Shown here piece by piece: positions 40,664 through 54,340 of a DNA stretch of 64,000 nt. The notes beneath the pieces are model-generated. The model was not told the origin of the DNA. It ran no database searches and saw only the letters and a list, made by a program, of their open reading frames with translations. The DNA comes from Chrysomallon squamiferum. Its lineage: Eukaryota > Animalia > Mollusca. Position 1 is the first letter of the stretch. Every line of letters begins with the position of its first letter. A program made the translations under genes and the position numbers. Location of the stretch: the NCBI GenBank assembly GCA_012295275.1, contig CM022670.1:19096001-19160000 (forward strand), written 5' to 3'.

Positions 40664-42273
40664 TTTAGATAAAAAACAACAACAGTGAAACTGATGAATT
40701 GTTATCCTCTTCTCTTTTTTTTCTTTTTTTACGAAAGATATTTATGATATTGTAAATGAGTTTTTAATATCAGTATCCTCAGATTCTGTGATGGCCTTTT
40801 ATTTGTTGTTCTTGTTTATTTGTTTTTATTTTTTATTTTTTAATATTTCTTATGACTGTTACAGTTTTTATAGTATTGGTTATAGAAATAGATCTTGGTA
40901 CAGTCCAGCAGTTAAAAAGTTTCTTTTCATTTAAAATACATTCTATAGATATCACAGATATTTACATTCACCTGAGATAATAATATTTAAAGTGTTTTGT
41001 TTTATCAGTGTTTAGAGATAAAACCACATTAACTCAAAATCTTTATATTTTACATAAAAATGGATGTTGGAAAGAAAAGCTACTTGCAGTTGTTAATATT
41101 GCTTTTTTGGCAGCATGCACATTTGTGGTGATGTACAGTAACTTAATGGAGGCGTTGATAGTCTAAATGCTACTTTGTGATGACATAATTATTATTATTA
41201 TTTTAACCCATTGATACAATCAAGTGCAAAAGACTCTGGGCAAATTTGTTGATTTTAGATAGTGGGAACATAAACATTATGTACACTAGAGCTTTCAATA
41301 TACAACATTTTTTATTACAGAAAACAAATATTAGTAGGCCAAAAAAATAAAATAGTAATAGTTAATAAAAAATAATTGATGGATGGTCTCACTGAATAGA
41401 CAGAAAGCACATAACGCAGTCTTTAATTAACCGATCTTTGATTACTGATTAGTAATCATAATTAACTAATTTTATTAACGATATTGTTATGGATGTCTTT
41501 AAAAATAACCAAATGCTGACTAAAGTATATATATTATCATTATTCCTATTAAAAACTCTTTATATACATGCTATTTTGAATAAGGGTTTGTCTGAATTAT
41601 TTATTTATTTAAAAAAAAATTTTTTAATTATTATTATTATTTTTTTACATATATTTATGCAAGTTAGTTTTGATTGTTTGTATTCTTTTATACTTTAAAT
41701 ATACTTACAAAGTATGGGTTGGAATATAAACATTGTTGTAAATTGTTCAAAGCACTTGATTGTACTACTGGTGCATTAATGTAAATGTATTATTAGTTAT
41801 TTTTTTTATTATTATTTTTTTAATCTGTCAGATGCAGTCTTGTACATAACATTATGTGTTTTGGTTGCTGTTTTCGTATGTTTTTTTTTTTTTTTCAATT
41901 TGTTAAATAAAATAATTACCTTTTTCAGGGGACGTTGAATTTTCAGTGGTGTAAGTGTTTTTTTCTGAGTTTATCAAGTTTTCCCTAAAACTTCTAGCAT
42001 GTGTAGAAAATTAATTTCATCATATAAGCTATATCTGTTTACCCAAAATCTTTGTAAATTTTCATTATTCTATGTAAATCATACTTCAGTTGCATATTTC
42101 TCACTTACTTACTCTTCTTCCTTTAGCCTCTGTCATAAAATGTTGTAAGAACTAATTATTGAAAATCATTAACTGAAATAAGATTTTTTAAATATTAAGT
42201 TATTGTACCATTCTGGACCTACTTGGATATTGTAATTATTATTATTATATTTCCACATTATGTACTTTGAACA

Positions 42274-42310
<37 letters not shown>

Positions 42311-45300
42311 AATAAACATTAATTAAAACTTTGTTGTTAAATTCGAAAAAACCTTTAAACTACTAAAATTAGTATTATTGATAGAAATAATAATAATAAA
42401 TTAATTACATGAAAATTAAAATATTTAAAGATATTTTAAGGAAAAACCCATACTGAATGACATAGGCTAAAGGATCTTGCATTAATAAAGCATTCATCAT
42501 CTTATCATATAGGTTTGTACTGCATTTTTCACTGATTTTCTTTAGACCTTTTCAGAGTTGTTGCATACATAATGAAAGTGTGCATGTGATATCATGATGG
42601 TGCTACTTGTGACAGAGAAAAAGAGAGATTTGAAAAATTATAAGTGTGTGTATTTTCCAAAGATTTCACCTCTTGGTCAGACTTGTCTTTTTTTTTCTCT
42701 CTCTCTTGTAAATTGAAAATGTCCTACAGGGCTGGATGTAAATACAAGAAAAAAATAACAATTTGCCTTCATGCTTATCTTGTTTTAATGAAGTTATTAT
42801 TATGTCCCTTGCAGATGGACAAGTTAAGAATATGCATTTTTGGGATTATTTTTTTCACTTTTTCTTTTTTCATCCTGATATTACTAAAATGATAATTGTT
42901 TCATAAATTCAGTGTGTGCATTTTTTTTTATGTAGAACACTTGTTTGTAATTGTACTTAAAATATTATTTTTTTAATTTCATTTTTGAAGCACTGTTTTT
43001 TTTTTTTTTCCTTTCATAAAATAACATTAGCACAATGTCTTTTTAAGTTTTCTGATGTAACAGTAGGTGTGGTAGATAACAAATTATTTGTTTCAGAATG
43101 TTTTGTTAAGTACAACATTTTACTTTTATTTTCTATTTTGAAAAGTGTTGCAAAAGGGGTGATACAATATAATAAAGATAGGTTTAACAATACCAGACTT
43201 GATGATGAATCAATGGTAGGCTTTTGGGTTAATAATATAAACAATTTATTGTTTATTAATAATAACATTTATTGAAGAATGCGTATCTTATATAAAATTT
43301 GTTCTGTAGTTACTTCAGATTGTTTAAGTAGACACATGGTCCCATATAATCTATCCCTGAATAGTAAAAAAAGAGAAGTAAATGCATGATGTACTGACAA
43401 ACAAAAGAAATGCCATATAAGTTACAGGCAATATGTACAAATATTGTTGTGTTTATATCAAAATTGCTAAGTGTTTTGCATTTTGTTTCAAGTTTTTCTT
43501 TGTTAGATGCAAATAGCCTCAAGATATTTTGAATATTTCAAAGTTATTTATTTTAATAAACCACTTTTTGATACTAACAAAAAAAAAAATAAATACACAA
43601 GTTCATAAGCATACACGGAGGCTGACATTTGCACTTTTCTTTTTATTTTTCTGACTTTACTAAATAAATAAAAAATATCAAAAATAAATAATTTAAACAA
43701 ATATATATATATATTTTATCGTTATAAAATCATTGTATTTTTTATTTTTGTACATCATCAGTGTTATTATAGTAATTTGTTAAAAGCACAGACTGGTCAA
43801 CAGAGTAAATAAAACAATAACTTTGATGTATACAAAATATATTTTAACTATTCATACATATTATTAAAACAAAACGTACTGCCTGTATGTGATGTACATG
43901 CATTTCTTTTGCATGTTTGTATATTCTGTTATATTAGCATGATTCTAAATTCACATTTTACTGTTGCATTATTATTATCAGTAGTTTTTTCTTGACATGA
44001 AATGTCTTCTTTATGCAATATACGTTTTTTTAGAGAAGTTTTATGTTTAATAAAAATAATTTTTTAAAAATATAAAGCATTTATCACAGAGACTTTATGC
44101 TTTGTTCATTTTGAAAAAACAAATTAAATATATTTGGTGTCAGTACTGTCACTAGGAGATCTAGTGAAATATTTTGGAGGTTGTATAAAAACAAATTAAT
44201 ATATTAAAAATAATAATAGGTTATATTTAATCATGTTTTATAGTAAATTTATACTTATATAATTGGTGTTTTTAGCCTAATAAAAAATATTATTATGGAA
44301 AGAATGTTACCTTACTGAATGAACATTTCAGAATAATTTAAAGTTATTTTGCTTAACAGTTTTAAACAAGGCTAGTCAGTGCATTAATTCAGCTGTTTGT
44401 ATTCATATTTTAATTTTAGCATATAAAATTTGGTTATATATCTAAATTACAGTCATATCCTATATCATATCACATAGATTGGTATTTATATTTTTGCCTT
44501 TTATTTATTTATTTTTAATTTTTTTTTTTGTTAAACTTTTCATTGTTTTATTTTATTAAATGATTATTCAGTTTATTGTTTCTTTTAAATTAAATTACAG
44601 TTATTATTTTTATTTTCCAGCCTATTAATACCTGCTGATTCATCTTTTTGCTTATGATACATTAATAGAAACATTACTGGTAACTTAACAGTCTGAAATA
44701 ACTAGGAATGTTTTCTTTTAACTGATAATTGTGGGGATGTTACTTTTGCTTTAAATCATCAATTAACCAGATCGGTTACATATTCAGCAAGGCTCTCCCT
44801 TTGTACTCTTCTTACTTATAAGTTACAAATTTTCAATTAAATAGAACATTATTAAACATTTTATTAATAAAATCTAATTAATCAAGCAAGTATAATAATA
44901 AAAAATAAAAAATAATAATAGTAACAAAATAATCATTAAAAATTTAACATAATAAATTTCAGGATTAAATTTTCAGTTATACTGGGAGGTTTTTTTTAAT
45001 GGGAAATAAACAGTGAACTACATAAATACACAGAAGACTTTTATAATGATAATAAAGGTTTCAAGTTTGTTTTTATTTTTTTCATTAATTTATATAATAT
45101 TACTGTTTTTCACATTTTGTTATTTGTGTTGCTTTTTCTTATTTTTTTACTTTAACTTAATTTTTATTTATTTATTTATTTAAACATTAAAAAATAGATC
45201 TTCTGTAGAGATTATTACTTCAGTTAGTTTATTATTATAAAAGCTGTAATTTTGTGAGCACTTCCTTTACTCGAGATGATCCAGAATTAGAAGTCTATTA

Positions 45301-48300
45301 TCTGTTTCATTTTTCCTTTCTTTTTAAATCTGAAAACAAACTTTTTAAAGGCATTTCATTATTATGTGACTGCAAGTGATTCAGATGTGAATGGCAGAGG
45401 TGACTTGCATGAGAAAGTCAGACTTACATATCATGAATTAGTTTATCATCATAATAATCAAACATCTGATCATGTTCTATAAACATCTGATCATGTAATC
45501 TTTTATTTGCATTAGCCAATAATAAATAAATAAATAAATAAATAAATATATCAATATTCTTTCTGTATTTCATTTTTAAATAAAAAGTATCAATATATTA
45601 TAGAACTCAAACATTAAGTACAATTAACAAACACAGTAAATACACAGCAATTATTATTATTATTGATTTGTTTTCTTCCAATTTTTTTTTTCTCTGGTAT
45701 GCGGTTCTTTCAGTGTAGAACTTGAAAACATGAAGTGTTAATGACGATATAAATACTTTTAATTAAAAATATATTTTGGTCATGAGAAATATAGAAACAA
45801 AATAAATGATTATCCATGAACTTCACATTGTTTTCTGCACATTTTAATAGAATCTAAGTAAATAAATAAATAAATGTTGTTACCATATGTGAATTATTGC
45901 CAGAATGTTAAAATGGTCTTACACTAGGATGAAAAAGGATGATTCACATTTTATAACTGATGTGTTAAAATTATGGTGATTTTTACATTACTAACTTTTA
46001 CTAAATTGAGCATTTTACTGAAAAACAGGATATTAAAAAAAGCCATTAATGGATATCTTCTTGTACTGATAATCACTTATCAAAACAAAATATCTACTGA
46101 AATTTGCTGGAATAAAATCACCAATTCCATCAATTTAGAAAATTGGAACTGGGGTATTTTTGGGGACAATAGGTGTGGATTTTGAATATATTTAATTTTG
46201 ATTTCTTAAAGACTTCTGTTTTTAAGATTCTGCAAATCTGATAGGTCCATGAAATATTTATTAAAAAATTATGTTTAATATATTTTGTATATTTTCTTGT
46301 TAATATTTCAATGGAAGAAACTTCATTATAAGAATGTGTTGCTCTGGTGAAGGTAATCTTTCTATATGTCAGTTAGTTCTGAACTTTTTACTGAAATCTT
46401 TTTTTTCTTTTTAAATATTTTATAAATATCCATACATAGCAATAAATGATAGTTATTTTATGTGTTTGGATTTCATTTTCTCATAACTTGTAAATTTTTT
46501 CGTTGTGTTACTAATTGTATATTTTCTTTCTTTTAAAGCTTTTGTTACATTTTCATATAGTTTTGTTATCTTAAAATATTTGTCTGTTACTTTTCTGTTC
46601 TTATATTATTTTTCATGTAGATCATGCTATAGCTGCATTTTTTTAATTTTTAAAAATTATTATTTCTGCTGTTTGCATTGTACAAAAAGTGCTTTGTTTG
46701 AAAAGTTTAGGACACAAAGTGTTTCTCTGTTATATTAATTTGATATTTTATAAAGCTGAGCTGTTATTAATTTACATTAAAAGTACGACCCTACAACAGA
46801 ATTAGAAATTTTTTAAATGTGTGAAAAAATCATTTTGCAATAATGTGTGAATACTCCCTGTAGACATACCCAGTATGAGTAACCTTTATACACAATAGTT
46901 CTTCTTTTTGTATTAGATCGCTGGTGTCTTTAAATTTTTCATTTTTTAAATTATAATTATTTATAAATGTATTTTGAATAAGGTTCTATTTAAATATAAA
47001 ATTAATTATTAACAAAAAAAGCCTCTGCAGCAAAACTCAAATGAATTCTGTTGGTTAGAGGTACAGCCTAAATATCAACTATGACTCAGGCATACTTTCC
47101 CAAACAAATTAATCAGATAAAAGCAAGTTCAGTATTGACAAAACATAAATTCAAAGACTTGCTGAACATGCCAACAATTGTGATATATAATTATAGAAAA
47201 ATGATCAACTATAAACAAGGCTATGAAATAGGTTTATATTACATATTTCTGGCTCACTTTAAGGCAGTAAATCCTACTTCAGGCAAGAAAATGTAGATTC
47301 CAAGCCATTTAAAATATTTATCGATGTTACCTTGGTTCAAGTCAGTGTCTTCTGTTACATAAGGGAGTAACATCTTCATACCATTTCTAATGTTAAACTG
47401 AGTAGTGTAATGCCTGTGAACTCAGTAACTAATCTCTTACAGTTACATTATGATTGTTATAAGCATGGGTAGAAGCTTGCATGGAGCACCAAGTTGAACA
47501 AACTTACCATTGGCTGCAAGTATATTTCAAGTGGTTGTATAATTGCTGTTGCCCAATAGTATTATAAAGATAATTTTACTTGGTAGATATTATTATATTT
47601 TAAATATTTCCTTCCCTAAAGCTTTAATGATTCTGTCCTGCAGTCATCATTATCTGTCTACATATATGTGTTGTGGATATGAAATGCCTTTGTGTAAATA
47701 TGAATTTAAAATTTATATATCACTATTCTTTCTACTTTTTCTATGTCACGAGGTTTATTAATTTTTTTAATTTTTTTTTATCTTACTGTTAGTTTTAGTA
47801 CTTAGTTACAAAAAACATGTTTTATTTGTTTTACAGGGTAAAGTTTATGGAAAATTCAGTTTCTTTAACTTTTTTTTTTTTTTTTTTATGTTAAAAATAA
47901 ACCTTGTAAATCTGGAAATATTTTGAATAATATCATTATAGTTGAGAACAGAAGATTTATGTTTGAGTGGGTGGGGTTATATTCCCAGCATAAATTGCTG
48001 CTTATCTGTGGGCTAAGGAATGACACTGAAATCCAAGCCAGCTGTCCAGATTATTAATTTCATTTTTAAACTGTATGTTATCAAATTATCTTTATTTATT
48101 AATGGGAAACAGGTTTAATTATTATTATTATTAATTTTTTTTTTTTAAATTTATTTTAAGCATCTCCTAAGTATTCAATATCTATGATTATTCAACAAGA
48201 CTGATAAAAAAATTACACTTCTTGTATATTTAAAAGCAAATTGTGTTGTTAAATATTTCTCTTTCTATAATGGAAAATAAATATTCTGTACAAATGCGTT

Positions 48301-49388
48301 GCCAAGATTTGTTCTTTATTTCTATTATTATTCAAATATAAAATCTTCTGAAAATGATATGAACATATAGCCTAAAACATCTTCTGCCATTGTATTTGGA
48401 TATAAATCTTTGCTAATCAGTTTCACACTAATATTGTTTTCTAACAGTTTACAATGATAAAGATTGTTAATATTTACTAAATTTGTATTTAGGTCTTTTG
48501 TTTGCATCATCTAACATTTCTGTCAAAGGATACATTAGGTAAAATTAATGAACCCTAAAATACACTTGATGATACCACTGTGCCCTCTCAAAACTTCCAT
48601 CTCATAGTGGTTAAAGAAGCAATTATTTATTTTGATCCATTTGTTTTATTCATTCATCTTACTAATCCAATAAGAAACTTTTAAAACAGTAAAGAAAATT
48701 GAACATAATACAATTATGACAAAGGTGAGATAAAAAAAAAAAAAAAAAAAAAATTAAAAACAAATTCATGTAAAAATGTAGTCTTCATCAGCATCATTTC
48801 ATTTAATAACTGGTTTTATGGAATTGCTAAAATGTAGACAGTTATATTACTGATAAAACTGAATGGATACATCTTTATATGACAATAATATCTGCATTAG
48901 TATCAGAACAATAAGTCAGAAAAATATTTAGTAAAATCTCCACTGGCAAGATACAGAATTAAATTGCATGATCACTGAAGACTAACAATAAAATATTAAA
49001 TATTTCATATTTTGCAGAATGTAATTTTACATAAAACACATGGAAATAAAAAACAAAAATTAATGTCACTTAATAAAGTCACCTGTTACATGTTAAATTT
49101 TTAGTGTACTTATTTAGAATGTCAGCATCAAATAATCGAAGCGTTAGTATCCAAGCTAAAGTAACAACAGCAAATTGGTTAAATCTTTCCACTAAGTTTA
49201 TACATAAATAATGATCTAACCTACATAAGAAAGGACTGTGGTTCAGTCTAGACAGTTATAATAGCTAATATTTCAAAAATCACCTTTACAAGTATTCTTC
49301 AATGAATTTTGTTTCTGTATTTCCTTTTTTCCTTTTAAATATTTTTTATTCTTTTTTTTCAACAATCCTTTTGATAAAACTTTTTTTT

Positions 49389-52300
49389 CTAAAAATCATT
49401 AAATCTGTTCTTCATAAACATTCCTACTGCAGGCTGACCAGTTCGTTCACTCCTGATCATTAAATATTCCATAACTTCTGTATTACCAGCACTAGCAGCA
49501 TAATTCAGAGGTATTTTACCATTACTATCACTTTTATTTGGATCTGCATTAAAATCTAGCAACTTTTTAATCATCTCCAGATTTCCATTCTTTGCAGCAA
49601 GATGTAATGGGGTTTGCCCTTCCATGTTGGTGATATTCACCGATACTCCTGCTTCTAGGAGGATGTCCAAAATATCCATGTCATATGTAGAAACAGCTTC
49701 ATGGAGTGGTGAAATTGCTCCATAGCCTGGAACAGTTACTGTTGCTCCCTTTTCAATTAAGAAATCAGCTGCTTTAGTGTCCCCAAGAAACAATGCTGAA
49801 TGCAGAGCTGTCCATCCACTTCTTAGTTTTGCATTGATGTCAACACCATTCTCTACCAACAGCTCCATTATGTCATAGTTGCAATTTGCTACCGCTATAT
49901 GCAGCAGAGGTCTATCATCATCAGCTAAACTATTCACATCTCCTCCCTTTTCTATCAATAATTTAGCTATCTTCGTGCTTCCATAAACAACAGCCTCAGT
50001 GAGAGGTGTTTTGCCTGCATTACTTTTCACACCGATGTCTGCTCCATGGTCAATAAGAATCTTTGCTATTGCTGGATTGGAATGGGTAGTGACAAAATGC
50101 ATTACTGTTTCACCGATAGCTGTTTTTGCATTAATGTCTGGCTTGTGTTCCAGGATAGCATTAACGGTATCAATGGATCCACCTGCTACAGCATAGTGCA
50201 GTAGCTTTGCTTTATTCTTCAACATCCAGGCAAACTCAAAATTGAACAGTTTTTCAGGAACTTCCACTTCAGGGCTGCAGTTGATCTGAGGATTTAGAGC
50301 TAGTAGTGCTTGAACAGCAGAAACTTTAGATGGTTGTTCAGATGCCTGGTAGGAAATCTTTTTGGGTTCATATTCAATTATTCCTCCTCTATAACTAGCA
50401 GCCATGAGGGCTAATACTCTCTGTTCACCAATTCCTAAACCATCATCAACCATTCGAATAAGAGATTCATTCTTGGAAAATCCTTCTACAAGTAAGTCTC
50501 TTCCATACCATGCTGCCCAGAAGAGCAAAGATAAATGGTCATTGTCTCTTGCACGGTAGACAGCTTCTATGTTTCCCATTTGATCCAGATACTCGAAGAA
50601 GGATTTCACAAAGGTTATCTCAGTGAAGATCTGGTGTTGACAGGATTCTCTGATATTGCCTTGTAATATCTGAAAAACCATGCGTTTTGCCAACAGGCTA
50701 TTTACTGAATGAGATAATAAGATGCATGTTTTGTATGGGTTCTCATAGATGCTTTTGTAAGTGAAGATTTTTATAAGCTCCTCAAACAATTCAGGTGACA
50801 TCAATTCCACAGTTAAATCACTATGAAGCATTTCAAAATCTTCCAGAATATATTCTGTAAGACGATGGTGTAGTATTCTGTAATGATATTTTTCGAGTGG
50901 GATTAAAAAGACTCCATTCAGCATTTCTGCAGCTTGTTGAATTACCCACATCTCAAGGAATTCCAAATCTGCACCTACATCTTGCAAAACCTTTTTCATG
51001 TTTTCATATTGTGTAGGGTCCAATTCTGTGACTTCCTTTCCTCTCACATCCAATTTTCCATTGTTGAGAGCAGCATAAACAAGTATGCCATAGAGTGTTT
51101 TGTCAAAACTTTTGACCTTGCTTATTTCTTGTTTCAGATACTTAGCAGGGTCTTCAAAGAACAAACGACCAAGATTTTGAAACATTTTAAATATACCAAA
51201 CAACCGACAACTCAGAGGGAAGCCAATATGGTCATATCCTGATACATTTACAGTATCATTGCTTGAAATAAACCCAGAAGCAGCACGAAGAAGATCTCTT
51301 CGTTCAGAAACATTCAGACTGTTCATGTCATCTGTTATATCAACAATCTTGGACTCTGAAAACAGATGATTGTTCTTCAAAAATTGGCAGGCACTTTTAT
51401 AAATCACACTGTCACATGTTATAATCAACTTGAGTTTTCCATTAGCTGTATGTGCAATGATCTGCATCTCATATATAAAATCATGCCACAGTTCAACTTT
51501 TCTTAGGTTTACTGAATGCTTGCCAAATATATCATCAATGATGATGACCATGAATTGATTTGGGTCAACATGTTCTTTGAATTCTTGTGGGCTTTTCGGT
51601 TTCAGTATCTTATACTTGCTGTCACTTTTCAGTGTTGTTTTCCCTTTGAACTCATCAGCTAGAAACAGAGCTGTTGCAGTTTTTCCTGTGCTTGGGCAAC
51701 CCATTATGACCACAGAGTTATAATGAATGATTGTTGTTCTTACTTTCATGTAAGCTTTTGTTTTGAAATACATACCTTCAACACTTCTCCGACTTGGATT
51801 AAATACTTCTTTCCAACCTGTAAAAAAAAATAAAATAAAATAAAATAAAATAATACAAGCAATATTTTGCCATGGTCAGTTCTTAAAATGACATATATTT
51901 AAATAACTTTTAGACAAAACTTTTTATAAACTATATGAAAAAAATATATATTTTGAGGCTATTATGAGATAGATAACATGTGCACTAGAATTATCACACT
52001 TACTGTTGGTCCTGTGTTTTTTATAATTTATTTAAGTACATTTGTTTTTTTAATGACTGGTTGCAACTTGTTTCTTGTGAATATTCTGGTTGGTTATGAT
52101 TTTAATATATTAATAATCCTCAATATCTTAGTAGTGAATTATCTTTAGGAAAGGAAAATATTTTACCAAACAACTCCATTTGAATTTATTAATGTTGTAA
52201 ATTTTATAAAAAGCACAAATTTATAGTTAAGCAACCACATTACTGCCCTTTTCAATTCTTTTCACATTTATAACTGATAAATTTAAAACTTGATTTCAAA

Positions 52301-53869
52301 ACTATTCAAATAATCTTGATGATTTTATATTCATTATCTTATTAGGAAATTGGTATAATTTATAATCTTGACAGAATTAATTTTATTAGTTCTTTATTGG
52401 CATTATAATACCAACATTTCCTTAGATGATAGTTAATAAACTGTTTTTTGTGAAAACCACTGAAATGAAACATAATATGCAACACTGAATACAAACATGG
52501 GTTTATTATATTTAAACTCACTTTTTTAGCACGTTCTTGCAGGAAATTATATTTTGTATTTATCATTTCTCTGCGTTCTTTCTCTTTTTGCTTCCGAGTT
52601 TCTTCTGATACTCCCTGGGTGTCATGATGGATGTTTTGAAACTGGGGTTGTTCCCCTTGTATTTGAGTATGTTTGGTGACATGTATGTTAGCATTTTGTA
52701 ACTCCCTAACATTGACTTGGAGAATGCTTGAAATGTTCTGCAAGATTTGGCTATCATAAACACCATTGTCATTGATTATATATATGTTTCTTACTGGCCT
52801 GTTACCTGCAAATAAAGGAAAACTATTTTCATTTAATGACATACAACTTTTTAAACTTTTACTGGCTGAAAGATAGTAAATACATGTGTCATATCAGAGA
52901 TGACAAACTGGCTCATGCCTTTCCATGGGATATGTATCTATTTTAGTTCTTTTTTATACAGATTTTGTCAACTGGACAAAACACATTTCATGACTTTTAA
53001 TACACCAAACATGGTAACCTGGTTAAAAACAGAAAAGATTATTAAAAATTATAAATTACTCTTAAAATAAAATCAGCATAGTTGAAATAAATTCTGTATA
53101 CCTCCATCTGTTTTTTGTTATTATTTTTTTTTCTTCAAACAAACTTTTACAGTAACACACAAAAACACACATTATTTAGCTATCTGTTAGCAATATTACA
53201 AATATTCTTAATACAAAATACAGACATTAATATACTGCACTAATTATCAATTGTACTTATGTCAGTAAATAAATGAGTAAACATATATAATAATTTCATT
53301 GAAATAAGGATATCAGGGCAACTACCACCCAGACAATTACCCTTTCAGTTAACTATTCCTTAGATAACTACCCTGCTATTATATATATATATATTAATTT
53401 GTTTATTTATTTATTTATACAGTTTTTCTGGCAGCACTGGCAAGAGATATTGTTTCCTCCCATGAATTAATACTGAATGTTAATCCCATATTTGCCAGGA
53501 ACTGCCCAAAATGACCTTTTGGAAGAAACTGTATGTGGAGCTGCACATTTTCCATAAAGCAGTAATTCCTATCCTCAAACCATACATATATTTTTACAGT
53601 GACACCCATTTTTGCCCTTTTTTATACTTTAACAAAATTATCATGAAATGAAACAAGGTTTTCTTGCATTAACAATCATGTTGATGGCAAATTCCAATAT
53701 GGAACAAGTCACCCACGTATGTGACATTTTCTCTATGTCCTTCACTCATTGCTATCACTGTATCAGTAAAGGAAGTTCTGTTGATTCAATTACAGGCTTC
53801 AAAACTTGAACTTGTTGTGATGTTATGAACATAGCTGTTTAGAACCAAGTCAAATAACTTACCTGCCAT
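49389..53869 (-). CDS. STAND-class (nSTAND3-like) P-loop NTPase with C-terminal ankyrin repeats, NLR-like, up to about 907 aa
   Basis: ATG at 53869 (gtcATGGCAG|gtaagt, coding 53869-53863), exon 52805-52518/52522, large exon 51817-49389. Walker A GCPSTGKT, Walker B IIIDDIFG, GFPL motif, then about 8-10 ankyrin repeats (GKTPLTEAV, GWTALHSA, GQTPLHLAA). The exon junction frame is ambiguous (see findings). Confidence 0.88.
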
Positions 53870-54124
53870 GACAGCACAGCAGAAAATACCAGAATAAAAG
53901 AAATCTGAAGAGGAAAAAAATTATCTTTTTGAACAAACATAAACTATGATAAAGTAATTTTCTTATCGACTTAAAACAACAACTTTTATATATTCTTATC
54001 AAATATCAGAATTCACAATTTAACCACATTTCCAAAGATACATAAAATTTATTAACATTATTATTTAATCTTTTTTAAAACTATAATTCAAAATTACCTT
54101 ACCCAAAATATGATCAGTGCTTAC

Positions 54125-54340
54125 CGAGCGGGGAAATTTTCAAGGGGAATTCCCCGGTGAAAACTGACAAATAATAACCCATGAAAAAATATACATCCGG
54201 AAGCTGAATTTATAAACTATACCCTTACTATGGGAAACAGTTTTCTTAAAAACCATAAATCTTTAATACTCTTTTACTAAAACTGACCAGAGTTCCGATC
54301 GTTCCCTCTTCACCACTTGTTGAAATGAAAATGGAAACTC
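54125..54340 (-). promoter_or_regulatory. Promoter / non-coding first exon of the STAND-ankyrin gene with NF-kB, ETS and IRF-type motifs
   Basis: Donor CTCG|gtaagc ending an exon at 54125; GGGGAAATTTTC 54130-54141; palindromic GGGGAATTCCCC 54144-54155; CCGGAAG 54197-54203; GAAATGAAAATGGAAAC 54322-54338. Confidence 0.7.
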
